Notes under the pieces: generated by a model
Database searches by the model: none
The model's input: the letters and a program-made list of their open reading frames with translations, nothing else
Told to the model about the DNA's origin: nothing
Shown: in pieces, positions 50,737 to 60,589 of the stretch
Layout: every line of letters begins with the position of its first letter
Position numbering within the stretch: position 1 is the stretch's first letter
Translations under genes and position numbers: made by a program
NCBI GenBank assembly: GCA_021324535.1
Contig: JAJPIU010000026.1
Location: forward strand, 14,093-78,092
DNA: 64,000 nt
Source: Pseudomonadota bacterium
GTDB taxonomy: Bacteria > Chloroflexota > Ktedonobacteria > Ktedonobacterales > JADMIN01
Reading direction: 5' to 3'

Positions 50737-53247
50737 CTAAACTGACCAGCTAGACCAGGAATCTGGCGACGCCTCTGTGTTGGTTTTCTTGTGTCGTTTT
50801 TTCTTCTGGCTGGGGATATTCACTGGCGGGTCACCCCAATCTGCGTCCAATGACGAATTGGCCGAGCCTCCTTGGCTTGGCTTTCCGCCCGACCCAGTAG
50901 AAGAGAAGGTATACTCACTGCGATCGTTGTTCAGCCCGTTTGTGGGGAGTGGCTTCTTGGGCAAGGGATCACCCGTCAACATGCGCCAGAACTGATGGTT
51001 GCGGCGATTTCTACGCACCTTGATGGTGTGGCGCCCAAAGATCAACATCGCGCCGTCTTCATCACCAAAGGCTTCGCGCGAGGTGCGCCAGTCGGGATGC
51101 AGGAACCAGCGCAGGATGCTCCGTGAGCGCGCCCTTTTGAAGTCGCCGGTTGCCTCTGAGTCAGACGGGTCTCTGGGAATGCGCTGCCATTGACCCTGTG
51201 GGCGCGGGGTCAGGGGACGTCCGATGAATAGGAAATAGATCAGCCAGGCGAGGAACGGATAGACGACAACTGTCCAGAACCAGGCCTTGACCTCCTGCAC
51301 AGGCGTCGCAGGCAATACCGTCAGATGAACCTGGCGTGTGGTGACACCGAAATCGCCGTGACTATCAGCGAATGTTCCTTGCGTCTGGAAGGTAATGGTA
51401 TAATCGCCGCTCACCGGCGCCGGGAAAATCAAGACGAAGTGGCCTGAGCCTTCATCAGTGATCTGCACGGGGACGCTTTTATTCGTACCCTTGCGCGTGG
51501 CCACGCCTGCTACCGTCGCATTGGCATACAACTGATTGTGCAGCGTCACCTCGCCCTCAAGGGCGGCCGAGGGGCGCGGCGGCTGGTTGCCCAACGGCCA
51601 ACCACTCAACCATGAGAGCAACGGCAGACTATAGAGGAATTGCAAGCCGGGATCCCAGGAAGTGACTGTTGCGTTGACTGTACTTGTCGTTGGCGCAGGC
51701 GGTCGCCCACTCAGCAGCAGCGGTGTGGGGAACAGTTCCAGCCGGATATTGCGGTCGGCGCTGGAGATCGGCACTCCGCTGACCTGGGTCACGTCTATCG
51801 CGATGCGATACACACCCGGCGGCGCGCTCTGGGGGATATTGACGTTGACCTGATAGACCCCTGGGCTGACCTGTGTGAAATTCAGCCCGATCGTGTAAGG
51901 CGCGCCGTTGGACGTCTGTCCTGTAAAACTCAGCGTGCCAGCGATAGTATATTGTGTGCCGATGACCGTTGCGCCATTGGCCGTCAGCGCCGCCGTGATG
52001 CTAAACGGCTGGCCCAGGGGCAACGCGGCGACGCTCGATGTTGGCTGCGTGATGGTCAGTTGTAACGTTGAAAGGATCAGGCTGTCTACGAGATACCGTC
52101 CCTCACCGGTCACATTGATTGTCCAGGCGCCCGCCTGCACACCCAATGAGCCACCATCAATCGAGAAGATGGCATAGTGGGGGTCGTTGGCGACGAAGAC
52201 CCCCGCGACCGCCGGAGGGATCACTTCCCCGGAGGGTGTGGTCAGCGTCACGCGTGTCGCCACCTGATCTTTCACAACGATCACATCCAGATGTTGCACA
52301 TAGGACGGCACAATCAGGTCTTGCGAGTCGGTTGCCCCGCTTAGTGTCGTGGGCGCCACAGTCGGGCCGAGTGTACGATGATTGCGAAGGGCGAAGATGT
52401 CCACGAAGAACGGCGCAATATTGAGCGCATCGGGGGCGCCGCTCACCGGCCCCTGGCTGTCATCGTAGAAGTTGCCTGATGTCGCAGCAGAGAGATTTTG
52501 CAAAAAAGGGTGAAACGTCTGATCGGCGCCGAGCGCGATAGTATCGATAGGGAAATGCGCCTGTTGAAACTTTGGCAGCAATTCCTGCTGGATGGCGTTG
52601 ATCTGGTCGGTGGTATCTGGATCGGGAGTTCCATCGGTGAGCAGAATCACCGAGCCAGTGCGCCCATTTCCGGCGGTGGCCGCTGTGAGCATGCTGAGCG
52701 CCTGGTTGAGCGCATCATAGGTTGGTGTGGCAGCATCGGGCGCACAGTCGTGTGAGTCGCTGGTGATGGTCTCTTCCAGATGGGCGCGCGCGGAGAGGGT
52801 GGCCATATCAGCGGGTTGCGCCCAGACCTGGGCAGTCTGGAAGTTGTGTGGGCCACCCCGAGCGCCGGTACTATTGTCCAGCCCGATCACTCCAATATAA
52901 TCGTTGGGGCCACTCAGGGCAATATAGGCGTTCGCCGCAGAGCATCGCAACCCGTCGGGATCATTGACACTCATGGATCCCGACATATCGAGCACGATTA
53001 CTGTCACCAACCCCGCCGTGGCCCGGCTCGTTCGTTGTTGATGCGCGCTCGTGGCCACCTGCTTCGCGAGGGAAGGCAAGGGCGCTGCGGACACCTGTGG
53101 GGCGAACACTGTCTGTGCGCCCAGCAGACAGATACACAACAACGTAATAGTCAAGGTTCCCGCCAGGGAGGCGCTTGCCCACGATGCGTGCGGCGCTCGC
53201 TCGTCAGAAGGCGCCAACACATTCCATCTGTAAGATGATCGCGCCAT
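50737..53247 (-). CDS. bitopic surface protein: extracytoplasmic vWA (MIDAS) domain plus Ig-like repeats, TM, basic cytoplasmic tail; operon gene 1
   Basis: ORF to 53307; the likely start is ATG 53247 (SD AAAGGA). The signal-anchor is LAGTLTITLLCICLLGAQTVFA. The vWA domain has VIVLDMSGSMS (DMSGS = nt 52975-52989), GSVILLTDG and TIALG. Several beta-rich repeats follow. TM is AWFWTVVVYPFLAWLIYFLFIG, and a ~200-aa K/R/S-rich tail completes the protein. Confidence 0.8.
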   Translation of the reverse strand: MARSSYRWNVLAPSDERAPHASWASASLAGTLTITLLCICLLGAQTVFAPQVSAAPLPSLAKQVATSAHQQRTSRATAGLVTVIVLDMSGSMSVNDPDGLRCSAANAYIALSGPNDYIGVIGLDNSTGARGGPHNFQTAQVWAQPADMATLSARAHLEETITSDSHDCAPDAATPTYDALNQALSMLTAATAGNGRTGSVILLTDGTPDPDTTDQINAIQQELLPKFQQAHFPIDTIALGADQTFHPFLQNLSAATSGNFYDDSQGPVSGAPDALNIAPFFVDIFALRNHRTLGPTVAPTTLSGATDSQDLIVPSYVQHLDVIVVKDQVATRVTLTTPSGEVIPPAVAGVFVANDPHYAIFSIDGGSLGVQAGAWTINVTGEGRYLVDSLILSTLQLTITQPTSSVAALPLGQPFSITAALTANGATVIGTQYTIAGTLSFTGQTSNGAPYTIGLNFTQVSPGVYQVNVNIPQSAPPGVYRIAIDVTQVSGVPISSADRNIRLELFPTPLLLSGRPPAPTTSTVNATVTSWDPGLQFLYSLPLLSWLSGWPLGNQPPRPSAALEGEVTLHNQLYANATVAGVATRKGTNKSVPVQITDEGSGHFVLIFPAPVSGDYTITFQTQGTFADSHGDFGVTTRQVHLTVLPATPVQEVKAWFWTVVVYPFLAWLIYFLFIGRPLTPRPQGQWQRIPRDPSDSEATGDFKRARSRSILRWFLHPDWRTSREAFGDEDGAMLIFGRHTIKVRRNRRNHQFWRMLTGDPLPKKPLPTNGLNNDRSEYTFSSTGSGGKPSQGGSANSSLDADWGDPPVNIPSQKKKRHKKTNTEASPDSWSSWSV

Positions 53248-53355
53248 CGAATCCAATCCTTTCAATAGACTGCGACGAGCAGTTCTTTCAGTGGATACTG
53301 CTTTCAATATAAAATACGATTCAGATAATGCAGGTGTTACAAATCGATTAGACGG

Positions 53356-54531
53356 CTAAATTGACGCATATGTGTGTTCGGTCGCAGGCGCCATACGAAT
53401 CCCCAATGGCTCACCGCACGCGGCGCAAGCGCCGGTTGGCGTAAGCGCACCGATCACAACCCGGCTCTGGGTGCGCTCGATGGCTAGTGCGCCGCACCGT
53501 GGGCAGCGCGTATTGGCGCTATCGGGGTCGGTAAGGCTATCCGTATAGACAAAGCGCAAACCCTCCCGCTGGCCGATGGTCTTCGTGCGCGCCAATGTTT
53601 CAGGCTTCGTTGGAGGAATATGCGTCATGAAGGCATAGGGTACATAGGTCGTCAGATGCCATGGTGTGTCAGCGCCCAGCGTCTCAACGATGCGCCCTGC
53701 CAGCCGAGCGAGATGCTCATCACTATCGTTCATAGTCTCCATGATGTTGGTCACTGTCTCGACGTGTATGCCGAACTCGTGTTGTGCACGCCGGGCAAGG
53801 GGCAACACCTCACTGATGCGATCCAGCCCACCGACCTGGCGATAGAAGCCCGTATCCAGGCTCTTGACATCCACACGATAGACATCGAGCCAGGGGCCAA
53901 GCAGGGTCAATGCCTCATGAGTGATGAGGCCATTTGTGACATACACAGTAAAGAGACCAGCCGCTCGCGCCGCTCGCGCGCTCTCCAGCGTATAGGCAGG
54001 TGTGATGCTCGGCTCGTTATGCGACCAAGCAAGCGCCTGGCAGTTCTGATCGAGCGCGAGGGCAACGGCGGCGTCAGGTGTGAGGTTTGGCTCCGTCAGA
54101 CCAGCGGCGTCACGCGCATCGCGAAAAGCAATCTCCCAGTTTTGACAGAACGAGCAACGCAGGTTGCACCCCAAGCCGCCCAGCGAGAGGGTGCGCGCGC
54201 CGGGATTATAATGAAAAACCGGTTTGGATTCCATTGTGTTGACGCTTGCCTCGGCAATCACGCCGAAAGCCGTGTTGTAGAGCGTGCCGCCGTGATTGAT
54301 TACGGCAGTGCAATAGCCAACCGCGCCATCACGCAAGAGGCATCGCCGCACGCACGCCAGACAGCGCACGCCACCCTGGGCATACCCCCCCCCCAACCGA
54401 ACAGCAGGGCGTGTGAGTTCCGTCGGCAAAGGGCGCAATGGCGTGTCTTTTTGTGAGCTGGCGCTCTGCCTGCCTGGATCGCTAGTAGGTTGCGCCGAAA
54501 ATGTAGACTTCACCACACCCCCCTTAAGCAT
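53356..54531 (-). CDS. radical SAM enzyme, AmmeMemoRadiSam-system type (PFL-activase-related)
   Basis: An N-terminal Cys-rich segment (RCLACVRRCLLRDGAVGYC) is followed by the radical SAM cluster CNLRCSFCQNW. The C-terminal zinc-ribbon-like pairs are CPRCG...CAACG. No AMMECR1 or Memo partner is adjacent. Confidence 0.75.
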   Translation of the reverse strand: MLKGGVVKSTFSAQPTSDPGRQSASSQKDTPLRPLPTELTRPAVRLGGGYAQGGVRCLACVRRCLLRDGAVGYCTAVINHGGTLYNTAFGVIAEASVNTMESKPVFHYNPGARTLSLGGLGCNLRCSFCQNWEIAFRDARDAAGLTEPNLTPDAAVALALDQNCQALAWSHNEPSITPAYTLESARAARAAGLFTVYVTNGLITHEALTLLGPWLDVYRVDVKSLDTGFYRQVGGLDRISEVLPLARRAQHEFGIHVETVTNIMETMNDSDEHLARLAGRIVETLGADTPWHLTTYVPYAFMTHIPPTKPETLARTKTIGQREGLRFVYTDSLTDPDSANTRCPRCGALAIERTQSRVVIGALTPTGACAACGEPLGIRMAPATEHTYASI

Positions 54532-54846
54532 AACCGGATGTATTTGCTCTCATGCGGCGATGGTTGGCATTATATCATATAGGTCTTCTTATCGCAAGTC
54601 GAATGGCGCATCTTCTTACCAAGTATGCCAACGGCTTTGCACATTGTCATTTTGTTCGCCATGCGATGGCCTTCAGTTAAGAGCGTTTGATGCATGGGAA
54701 ATATGTCTCCTGATGTCTCTTTCGTGTTGACCATTTTACAAAGCTCGTGGTAAACTCATTTCAGATACAAGAGAACTGAAACCATATGAACAGAAAGGCG
54801 CCCCGCTGCTTTCCATCGAATATTTAGAAAAGTGAAGGGTATAAGC

Positions 54847-57435
54847 ATGCTGGCAAGCGCAACTCTCGCGAACACACTGACGCAATGGCTGCCGCAAGGC
54901 GCCGAGACAATGTTCTATTTCAGCGTCATTATGGCGATTCTGCTGGGCGCGATCTCCCTTGTCATGGTAGGTGTAGGTATCGCTTATAGCAGAACCGAGC
55001 GCGCCAGACTAACGCTCTTGTTATTCCTTTTGACACTCCTTTTGAGCCTTGCCATCATCCCTCTGTATGGGGATACGATGGGAGCCGAGATGTCTGCTGT
55101 CCCAACTTGGTTCGCTGTCCCTGCGCATGCCCCGCTCTACCAGCTTTTTCACGATCTCGTCGCTCTGGTCTATGCGGTGACTGGGTTTGTCGTTCTGCAG
55201 GCGCTAGGCGCTCTCTGGGTCAGGTTTGGGGGCGCCAACGACAACTCTCGCGTCACAGCTTCGGTATCGCTGATCGTGCTTCTAGCAGCCTTCGCCATGT
55301 GGATCGCACAGAATCCGCCGCAGTGGTTGCAAGTGTATGCTTCGTTCGTGGTCATCGCCGCCGGGAGCGACCTGTTCATTGAACTTCTCTCAATGGTGAT
55401 TCCAAACTTTGGATTGATACCGCCTATCCCGCTTTTTCGGGCGAGCGTTCGCGCACGCGATCTCTTCTCGCTGCTCATCTGTGCGCTTGCCCTATCGGTC
55501 GCATGGATGATCTGGGGCTTGCCCTTGTCGTTGAATACGTTTGGCATGATGACACGCCAGGACAACCCACTGCTCTACGAGCTGATGCTTGCCTGCGCCA
55601 CCATCAGCGCCATACTGGCAATTGCGGCGTTAGTTCGCTTTGTGCGTGATAGGCCCAGCAAGGAGATTGCTGATGTTCACAATACCGCTAACAGCGATCT
55701 GGTTCTGAAGGTTTTCTGTGTTGAAATCCCCCTCGTGTATTTCATGTGGCTATCCCTTACCACACCTCCTACCGTGTGGCCATTTTCCTCAGGGGATCTG
55801 GAGATAGGCGGTTTCTCGGTGACTACTACAGCGGCTGTTGTGTTCCATGGTCTGGCGTCACTCTTTTGCGCTACTGCGTTGCTATGTGTCTGGCTGGGTG
55901 AGTGGCGCAAGCGTGAAGGCTTGAAAACGCTCTTGGCGCTTGTCACACTTCCTGTGACACCATTCTGGGATTGGTTGAGGCAACCCCCGGCACACGATAA
56001 TCAAGACAGGAATGTCTTGCGACGAGCGTTTCGCAAAAGCGGCACTATCTCCTGGCGATGGTGGCTCCCGGTTTATCTGTGGATCGACAGGGGGCCAGGG
56101 GATGATTACGGCCTGGGATTCCTGGCTTCAGCCGGAGGCGCATCTAGCCTGCTACTTGGATCAGTAGGAATGGCGCTGGCCTGGGAATACATGGGCTGGC
56201 CAATGGCGTTTACCGTTCTAGCAGAAATCACCCTGGCGGCGTCGGAGTACGCTCTTGTTCGATACGCGACGGAGAAGAGCAGCGCCGGGGACTACTTATG
56301 GTGCTTCTTGGGGATGGTTGCCGCTAGCGCGCTGATGGCTGCCCTGACGCTGATCCTCATTGGGCATGAGATCGCTGCGATCCCCGGTGTTTGGGGACTC
56401 TCTATCAACTTGCTACTGATATACACGCTCGTCGCATTGATCGATACCCTTTGGGGAACTACCCTCCATCTACTTGTGGATGCCCATAACCAAAACTTTA
56501 TTGGAGATCCACTCCGGTGGATACTCACTCTCGCCATCTCCGCCCTTTTGGTTCTTGTCATCTCAACCGGCGTGCTAGCTGCTACTACGGAAAATACAGG
56601 GTTGAATGGCACAACTTGCGCGGAAGCCGGAATCGCAGCAATGGTGTACCTGTTTTTCACCCCTCTGGTTGAGCTGGCAAGTTATATCAAGCGTCACTTC
56701 TTCAATCAGGAAGAGGCGAGGATCATCAAGATTCAAGAAGATATTGATAACATCAGGGCAGGTGTTGACACAACCAACAAGCTACTCAGAGAACTCATTC
56801 AGCTTATGCGCCTTCTCGTTGCGGGGAGGGCTGACCCGGATCATGTCGTTGATCAGACGTCCACCTCGCGCACTTCACAGCCAGAGGCTGAGACGGCGCA
56901 AGCGGGCGTCCATGAGGCTCTCCTTGACGGTGGGAGCAAGCAGGCAAAACAAGCAAAATCACTCCGCTCCCCTGTGGGAATCTTCGTTGGCGTCTGTTTT
57001 TTTGCCTGCCTCCTGACTTTCCATTGGGTTGTCATTGTCTTGCATTTCAATTATCTCGGAAATAACGCGAACCTCATCGTGAGTAGCCTCGTCGGCGTAG
57101 CGGTTGCCTTGATTGCGGTCGTAACAGATAAGATAACACATGCTGAAAGGATCAATCTCATCCTCTTCTTCATTATCCTCATTTTCTTCGCCATTAGCTT
57201 GCCTGTGATAGGTAATTCTGCTGGCGCATTGAGCGTGCAAACAGGGAGCATATGGCCTGCTGTGCTCTCCAGCAGAGAGTTTTATCGTTCGGGTTTGCGT
57301 CTGCTGATTCAAGAGGGGCTGTTTATGATGGCTGGCGGATTATTGGGGTACCTGACCACCATCGTACTCTCGGGTGTTGTAGAAAACTACAAGCAAGTGA
57401 GTACGAAAACTACCAAATCAGCAGACCCAGACTAA
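54847..57435 (+). CDS. 862-aa polytopic membrane protein (about 20 TM helices) with a central charged coiled-coil loop; unknown function
   Basis: ORF from GTG 54832; ATG 54847 has GAAGGG upstream. The sequence is almost entirely hydrophobic helices, except FFNQEEARIIKIQEDIDNIRAGVDTTNKLLRELIQLMRLL...QAKQAKSLR. GC is visibly lower than elsewhere: I counted 27/60 and 24/60 GC on lines 55381 and 56701. Confidence 0.7.
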   Translation: MLASATLANTLTQWLPQGAETMFYFSVIMAILLGAISLVMVGVGIAYSRTERARLTLLLFLLTLLLSLAIIPLYGDTMGAEMSAVPTWFAVPAHAPLYQLFHDLVALVYAVTGFVVLQALGALWVRFGGANDNSRVTASVSLIVLLAAFAMWIAQNPPQWLQVYASFVVIAAGSDLFIELLSMVIPNFGLIPPIPLFRASVRARDLFSLLICALALSVAWMIWGLPLSLNTFGMMTRQDNPLLYELMLACATISAILAIAALVRFVRDRPSKEIADVHNTANSDLVLKVFCVEIPLVYFMWLSLTTPPTVWPFSSGDLEIGGFSVTTTAAVVFHGLASLFCATALLCVWLGEWRKREGLKTLLALVTLPVTPFWDWLRQPPAHDNQDRNVLRRAFRKSGTISWRWWLPVYLWIDRGPGDDYGLGFLASAGGASSLLLGSVGMALAWEYMGWPMAFTVLAEITLAASEYALVRYATEKSSAGDYLWCFLGMVAASALMAALTLILIGHEIAAIPGVWGLSINLLLIYTLVALIDTLWGTTLHLLVDAHNQNFIGDPLRWILTLAISALLVLVISTGVLAATTENTGLNGTTCAEAGIAAMVYLFFTPLVELASYIKRHFFNQEEARIIKIQEDIDNIRAGVDTTNKLLRELIQLMRLLVAGRADPDHVVDQTSTSRTSQPEAETAQAGVHEALLDGGSKQAKQAKSLRSPVGIFVGVCFFACLLTFHWVVIVLHFNYLGNNANLIVSSLVGVAVALIAVVTDKITHAERINLILFFIILIFFAISLPVIGNSAGALSVQTGSIWPAVLSSREFYRSGLRLLIQEGLFMMAGGLLGYLTTIVLSGVVENYKQVSTKTTKSADPD

Positions 57436-57693
57436 AGCACCGCTTACCCCTCCTCCGCCCACTGTGCCTTTAGCGCCAGAGCGCCTGTTTCTGGCCGCTG
57501 CGCCGGAGCAGGGCATGTCAGTAGATCTAGATGAGGATGCGCCGTAAGCATGCCACGCCCTCGTCTACCAAAGCGCCTATGAAACCTTGAGGGGCTGATG
57601 ATCATTCTGGATTGAATGAGATCAAGGGCAAAACAGGAATCCATCGGAACTATTATCCCGAACTGACGATATATAGCTTGAGGTTGGCGCCAT

Positions 57694-58605
57694 CTACTCC
57701 ACGCCAAGCGCCTTGAGCGCGGCGGCAAGCGGCTCGCTATAAAAGATTGGATCGACGCGCTCGACGACATCGCCCGCCACCTCTAAAAACGAGCGCTTGT
57801 TCTCAACGGGAATGAGCGCTCGCTTGGCGCCGTTATCCATCGCCACCTGCAACGGTTCGGTGAGGGAGCGCATGGGCAGGATGTTGCCCTGGATGGTTAG
57901 ATCACCGAGGACAATCAACGCTGCGCATGGCGGACGTTCTTTGATGGCTGAATACATGGCAACAAAGAATGCGACGCCCGCCCGGGCGGATTGGCCAGAA
58001 CCGGTGAGATCAACCGCTTGCACATGGTAGTCGTAGCGATGGAGTTCGTTCTCGATGCCCAGCTCGCGACTGCGGGCGCGCATATAATCATAGGCGGTAG
58101 TTATCGCCATCTTTGTCGCGCTGTCAGGGAGACCTGTCGTCCGCAGTTTGCCCGTCCCATTGGCGATTTTACTGACCTCGATGCGATGCAGCGCGACCTT
58201 ATCCTCTTCGGTGAACGTTGCGGTATAGACACTCCCCGCAGGCAACGGATCGGCGGAGATCAGATCACGTCCACCCTCCTCAGGGACGCCGACAAAGTGT
58301 TCGTGCATCGTTTCGTGGTCGAGATACGAGAAACTGGTCTGGTAATATTCAAACGAACCAAGTTTCTTCAGTTGCTCTTTGACGCGCCGACGCCCTTCGA
58401 GGGCAAACTCCAGATAGCCGCGTAGTTCGTCGCGCGTGACTTCGCCGTGTGGATGAAGCAGCTTGACCAGCCCGCTGATGGTCTTGCGCACGGCTTTGGC
58501 GTCGCGCGAATTGAGATGGGCGCCAAGCGAGAAGTGCGCGTCAATGGCGTCGGTGTGGTTGTGTTTGTGCAACTCACGAAACGCCTCGGCCAGGTAATCT
58601 ACCAC
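57694..58605 (-). pseudogene. brxL: 3' half of brxL (BREX Lon-like protease); ATPase half missing
   Basis: The 303-aa ORF starts at GTG with VVDYLAEAFRELHK. The C-terminal Lon-protease-like domain is GSGQSARAGVAFFVAMYSAIKERPPCAALIVLGDLTIQGNILPMRSLTEPLQVAMDNGAKRALIPVENK. Full-length BrxL is about 680 aa as I recall. There is no SD or independent start context. Confidence 0.6.
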
Positions 58606-59770
58606 GAATCCATAGCCAGCGCCCCGCGGTCGGGCATATCCATATAGCCCAGGCCAACCGTCACTTCGAGCGAGCCGGGATAACAGAGAATCGTGGGGAC
58701 GCGCGTGCGCCCCTGCATTTCATCGAGCAGCCGCGACATCTGATAGATTGCGGGGGCCATCGCCGAGGCGCGTAGCAGAAAGGCGACCGAGCGGGTAGGG
58801 TCGAGCGGACGCAGGCGCGCCTCGAGCGAATCAGGCAGCGGCGCCCACTCAGGGTCATCCAGATAGGTCGTCACCTGATCCTGCGCGACGAGAAAGCCGC
58901 GATCTCGCTCCAACTGCGCGATGGCGTCAAGCCCCTCCGTATGCGCTTCCAAAAATCGCCGTTCTACGCCAGCCTGATCGAGAAAGAATAAGCGCCACTC
59001 ATCGGCGTGGAGCAGCCGCTCACCCGTGGTGTACTCGCGGCTGAGAGAGAACGCCAGCAGCGCAAACGCCCGCACGGAAAGATAGCGCGGCCCCAGCCGT
59101 TTGATGATCTTCCCCTCCAACACGCCGAAATCTCGCAGCGCCGAGAGCAATCCCTGCGCCAGCTGTGTGATGGTATCGGGCGACCAGACGCCCTGGGTAC
59201 GTCCCGCCGCCGATTGTGCGCTCAGCCACCACGCCAGATCATCAGTTGTCACAATGGGCTGTTCCTGGCTGCGCAGCGGCGCCAGGAACAGCGTCGCGCT
59301 GTCATAGAGCAGTGGGTTCGCGCGTGCGGCCAGAAGATAGAGCAACGGATCGAGCAGCGAGGATGGCGCGTCGTCATGCGCGAGCGCCACCAGGGCAGCC
59401 AGCGTCTCAGGATCGGTCAGATACCGTTTGCGGAAGAGAGCCAGCATGCGGGGCAGGCGCGCGAGGTTTTGCCGAAGACGTTCTCCTCCTGCATGCGCGC
59501 CAGATTGGCCGAGACGTCGGCGTTCATATCCCAGTGCGCCAGCATGATCCTGGTATCCAGCAACGGCGCGCCAACTTTGATGATCTCGACGGAGTAGCGA
59601 AGCTGTGGCGGGGAGTCATCGGCATTGCCAGCCGACTCTACGGTGCGCTTCCGGGCGCCTGGCTTTTTGGCGTTCCTCGTCGTTTTAGCGTCTGCCACTT
59701 CCATAACGAATCCCCCTCCACAGCGCGAACACCCAAGACCAGTCGCCCGCCATCGGTTGTAGCGCGCCAC
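58599..59770 (-). pseudogene. brxA: frameshifted brxA (DUF1819-like) fused to a brxB-like (DUF1788) C-terminal fragment
   Basis: Frame 1 (59417-59770) reads ...LRYSVEIIKVGAPLLDTRIMLAHWDMNADVSANLARMQEENVFGKTSRA, then nonsense. The protein continues in the next frame (ORF 58599-59447) as ARLPRMLALFRKRYLTDPETLAAL.... The indel lies in the CGCGCGCC run at about 59455-59468. The last ~100 aa (RSVAFLLRASAMAPAIYQMSRLLDEMQGRTRVPTILCYPGSLE...) resemble the BrxB C-terminus. Family assignments are from memory. Confidence 0.5.
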
Positions 59771-60453
59771 AACGCCAGTTCCCGGAGCATCATCTTAACG
59801 TAGCATGAGGAATTGGGGCGTCTGGAAGAGAAAATATGCCCACTTTAGAGTGAAGAAGGCAAATACACACGCCAGTATAACAGGTTTGGCTCTGCTGTCA
59901 AGAAATAGAGTCCGTCTGGCATACAGCCTAGTGGGCAAAGCATCTGTTTCCTGGCTTCCCCCTGGCGAACCAGCAGATGCTGGGTCTACCCAGCAGTATA
60001 CGGCCTTTGTCCTGGCGCTGTCACGCGCATGAGGAAATAGGAGATGATCCGTATACACCCACCAGCGGGCGTGAACGTTGTCTCAACGTATCTCTTATCG
60101 CTCCTCCATCCCCAAGGCTCCATCACATCGGCAGTGGTTGAACGGCTTCAGCGGTATGGCCTGCGCACACTGGGTCACATCGCGCGGCTGACGGAGGCAC
60201 AGTTGCGCCGCCATAGCTTTATCTGGCGCGGGTGGACGCAGATCGTCGCTGAGCTACTAGGCGCCTGGCATTTGCAACTCCTACAGGCTCCTACTGGTCG
60301 TCTGCTCTTGCTATCACCAGCGGATGGAGTACACTACCATGTGTTCGTTGCTTGTTGTGTGTGCAGGCCCATGCGGCGGTCTGCACAAGGGAGAAGCAGC
60401 AGGGCAAAAAGAAAACCTGGAAAATTTCCGGGTTGGTGGATGATTGGGAGAGG

Positions 60454-60543
60454 CGGAAGGGGTGGGATTCGAACCCACGGGCGAGGAAACCCCCGCCAGC
60501 GGTTTAGCAAACCGCCGCACTAGACCGACTATGCGACCCTTCC
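60454..60543 (-). tRNA. tRNA-Ser (anticodon GCT)
   Basis: The reverse complement folds as a class II cloverleaf: acceptor GGAAGGG/CCCTTCC, anticodon stem GCGGT/ACCGC with loop TTGCTAA, a long variable arm, and T-arm GTGGG-TTCGAAT-CCCAC. CCA is not encoded. Confidence 0.9.
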
Positions 60544-60589
60544 AAAGATAACGGCTGCCAGCGCCACTTGCTGTGTGGCGCAATCGCCG

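Noticed and set aside
36427-53247. Alternative identities for the ten-gene operon: gas-vesicle cluster (AAA+ GvpN plus small proteins), CBASS type III (HORMA + TRIP13-like AAA+), and vWA-MoxR ternary systems.
   Set aside because: There is no GvpA/GvpJ-like small hydrophobic protein and no CD-NTase/cyclase or effector nuclease. The ATPases have classical Cdc48/Vps4-type motifs rather than MoxR-type. The 217-aa unknown could still be checked for a HORMA fold.
53356-54531. Including the radical SAM gene as an eleventh member of the tubulin-like operon.
   Set aside because: It is co-directional, but it is separated by a 108-nt AT-rich gap that looks like a promoter region. The enzyme type (AmmeMemoRadiSam-like) has its own usual partners, so there is no sequence-based reason to link it. 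It is left open for synteny analysis.
57694-59770. A functional BREX defence system.
   Set aside because: The essential pglX methyltransferase, the pglZ phosphatase and the brxC ATPase are absent. brxA is frameshifted, and brxL lacks its N-terminal half.
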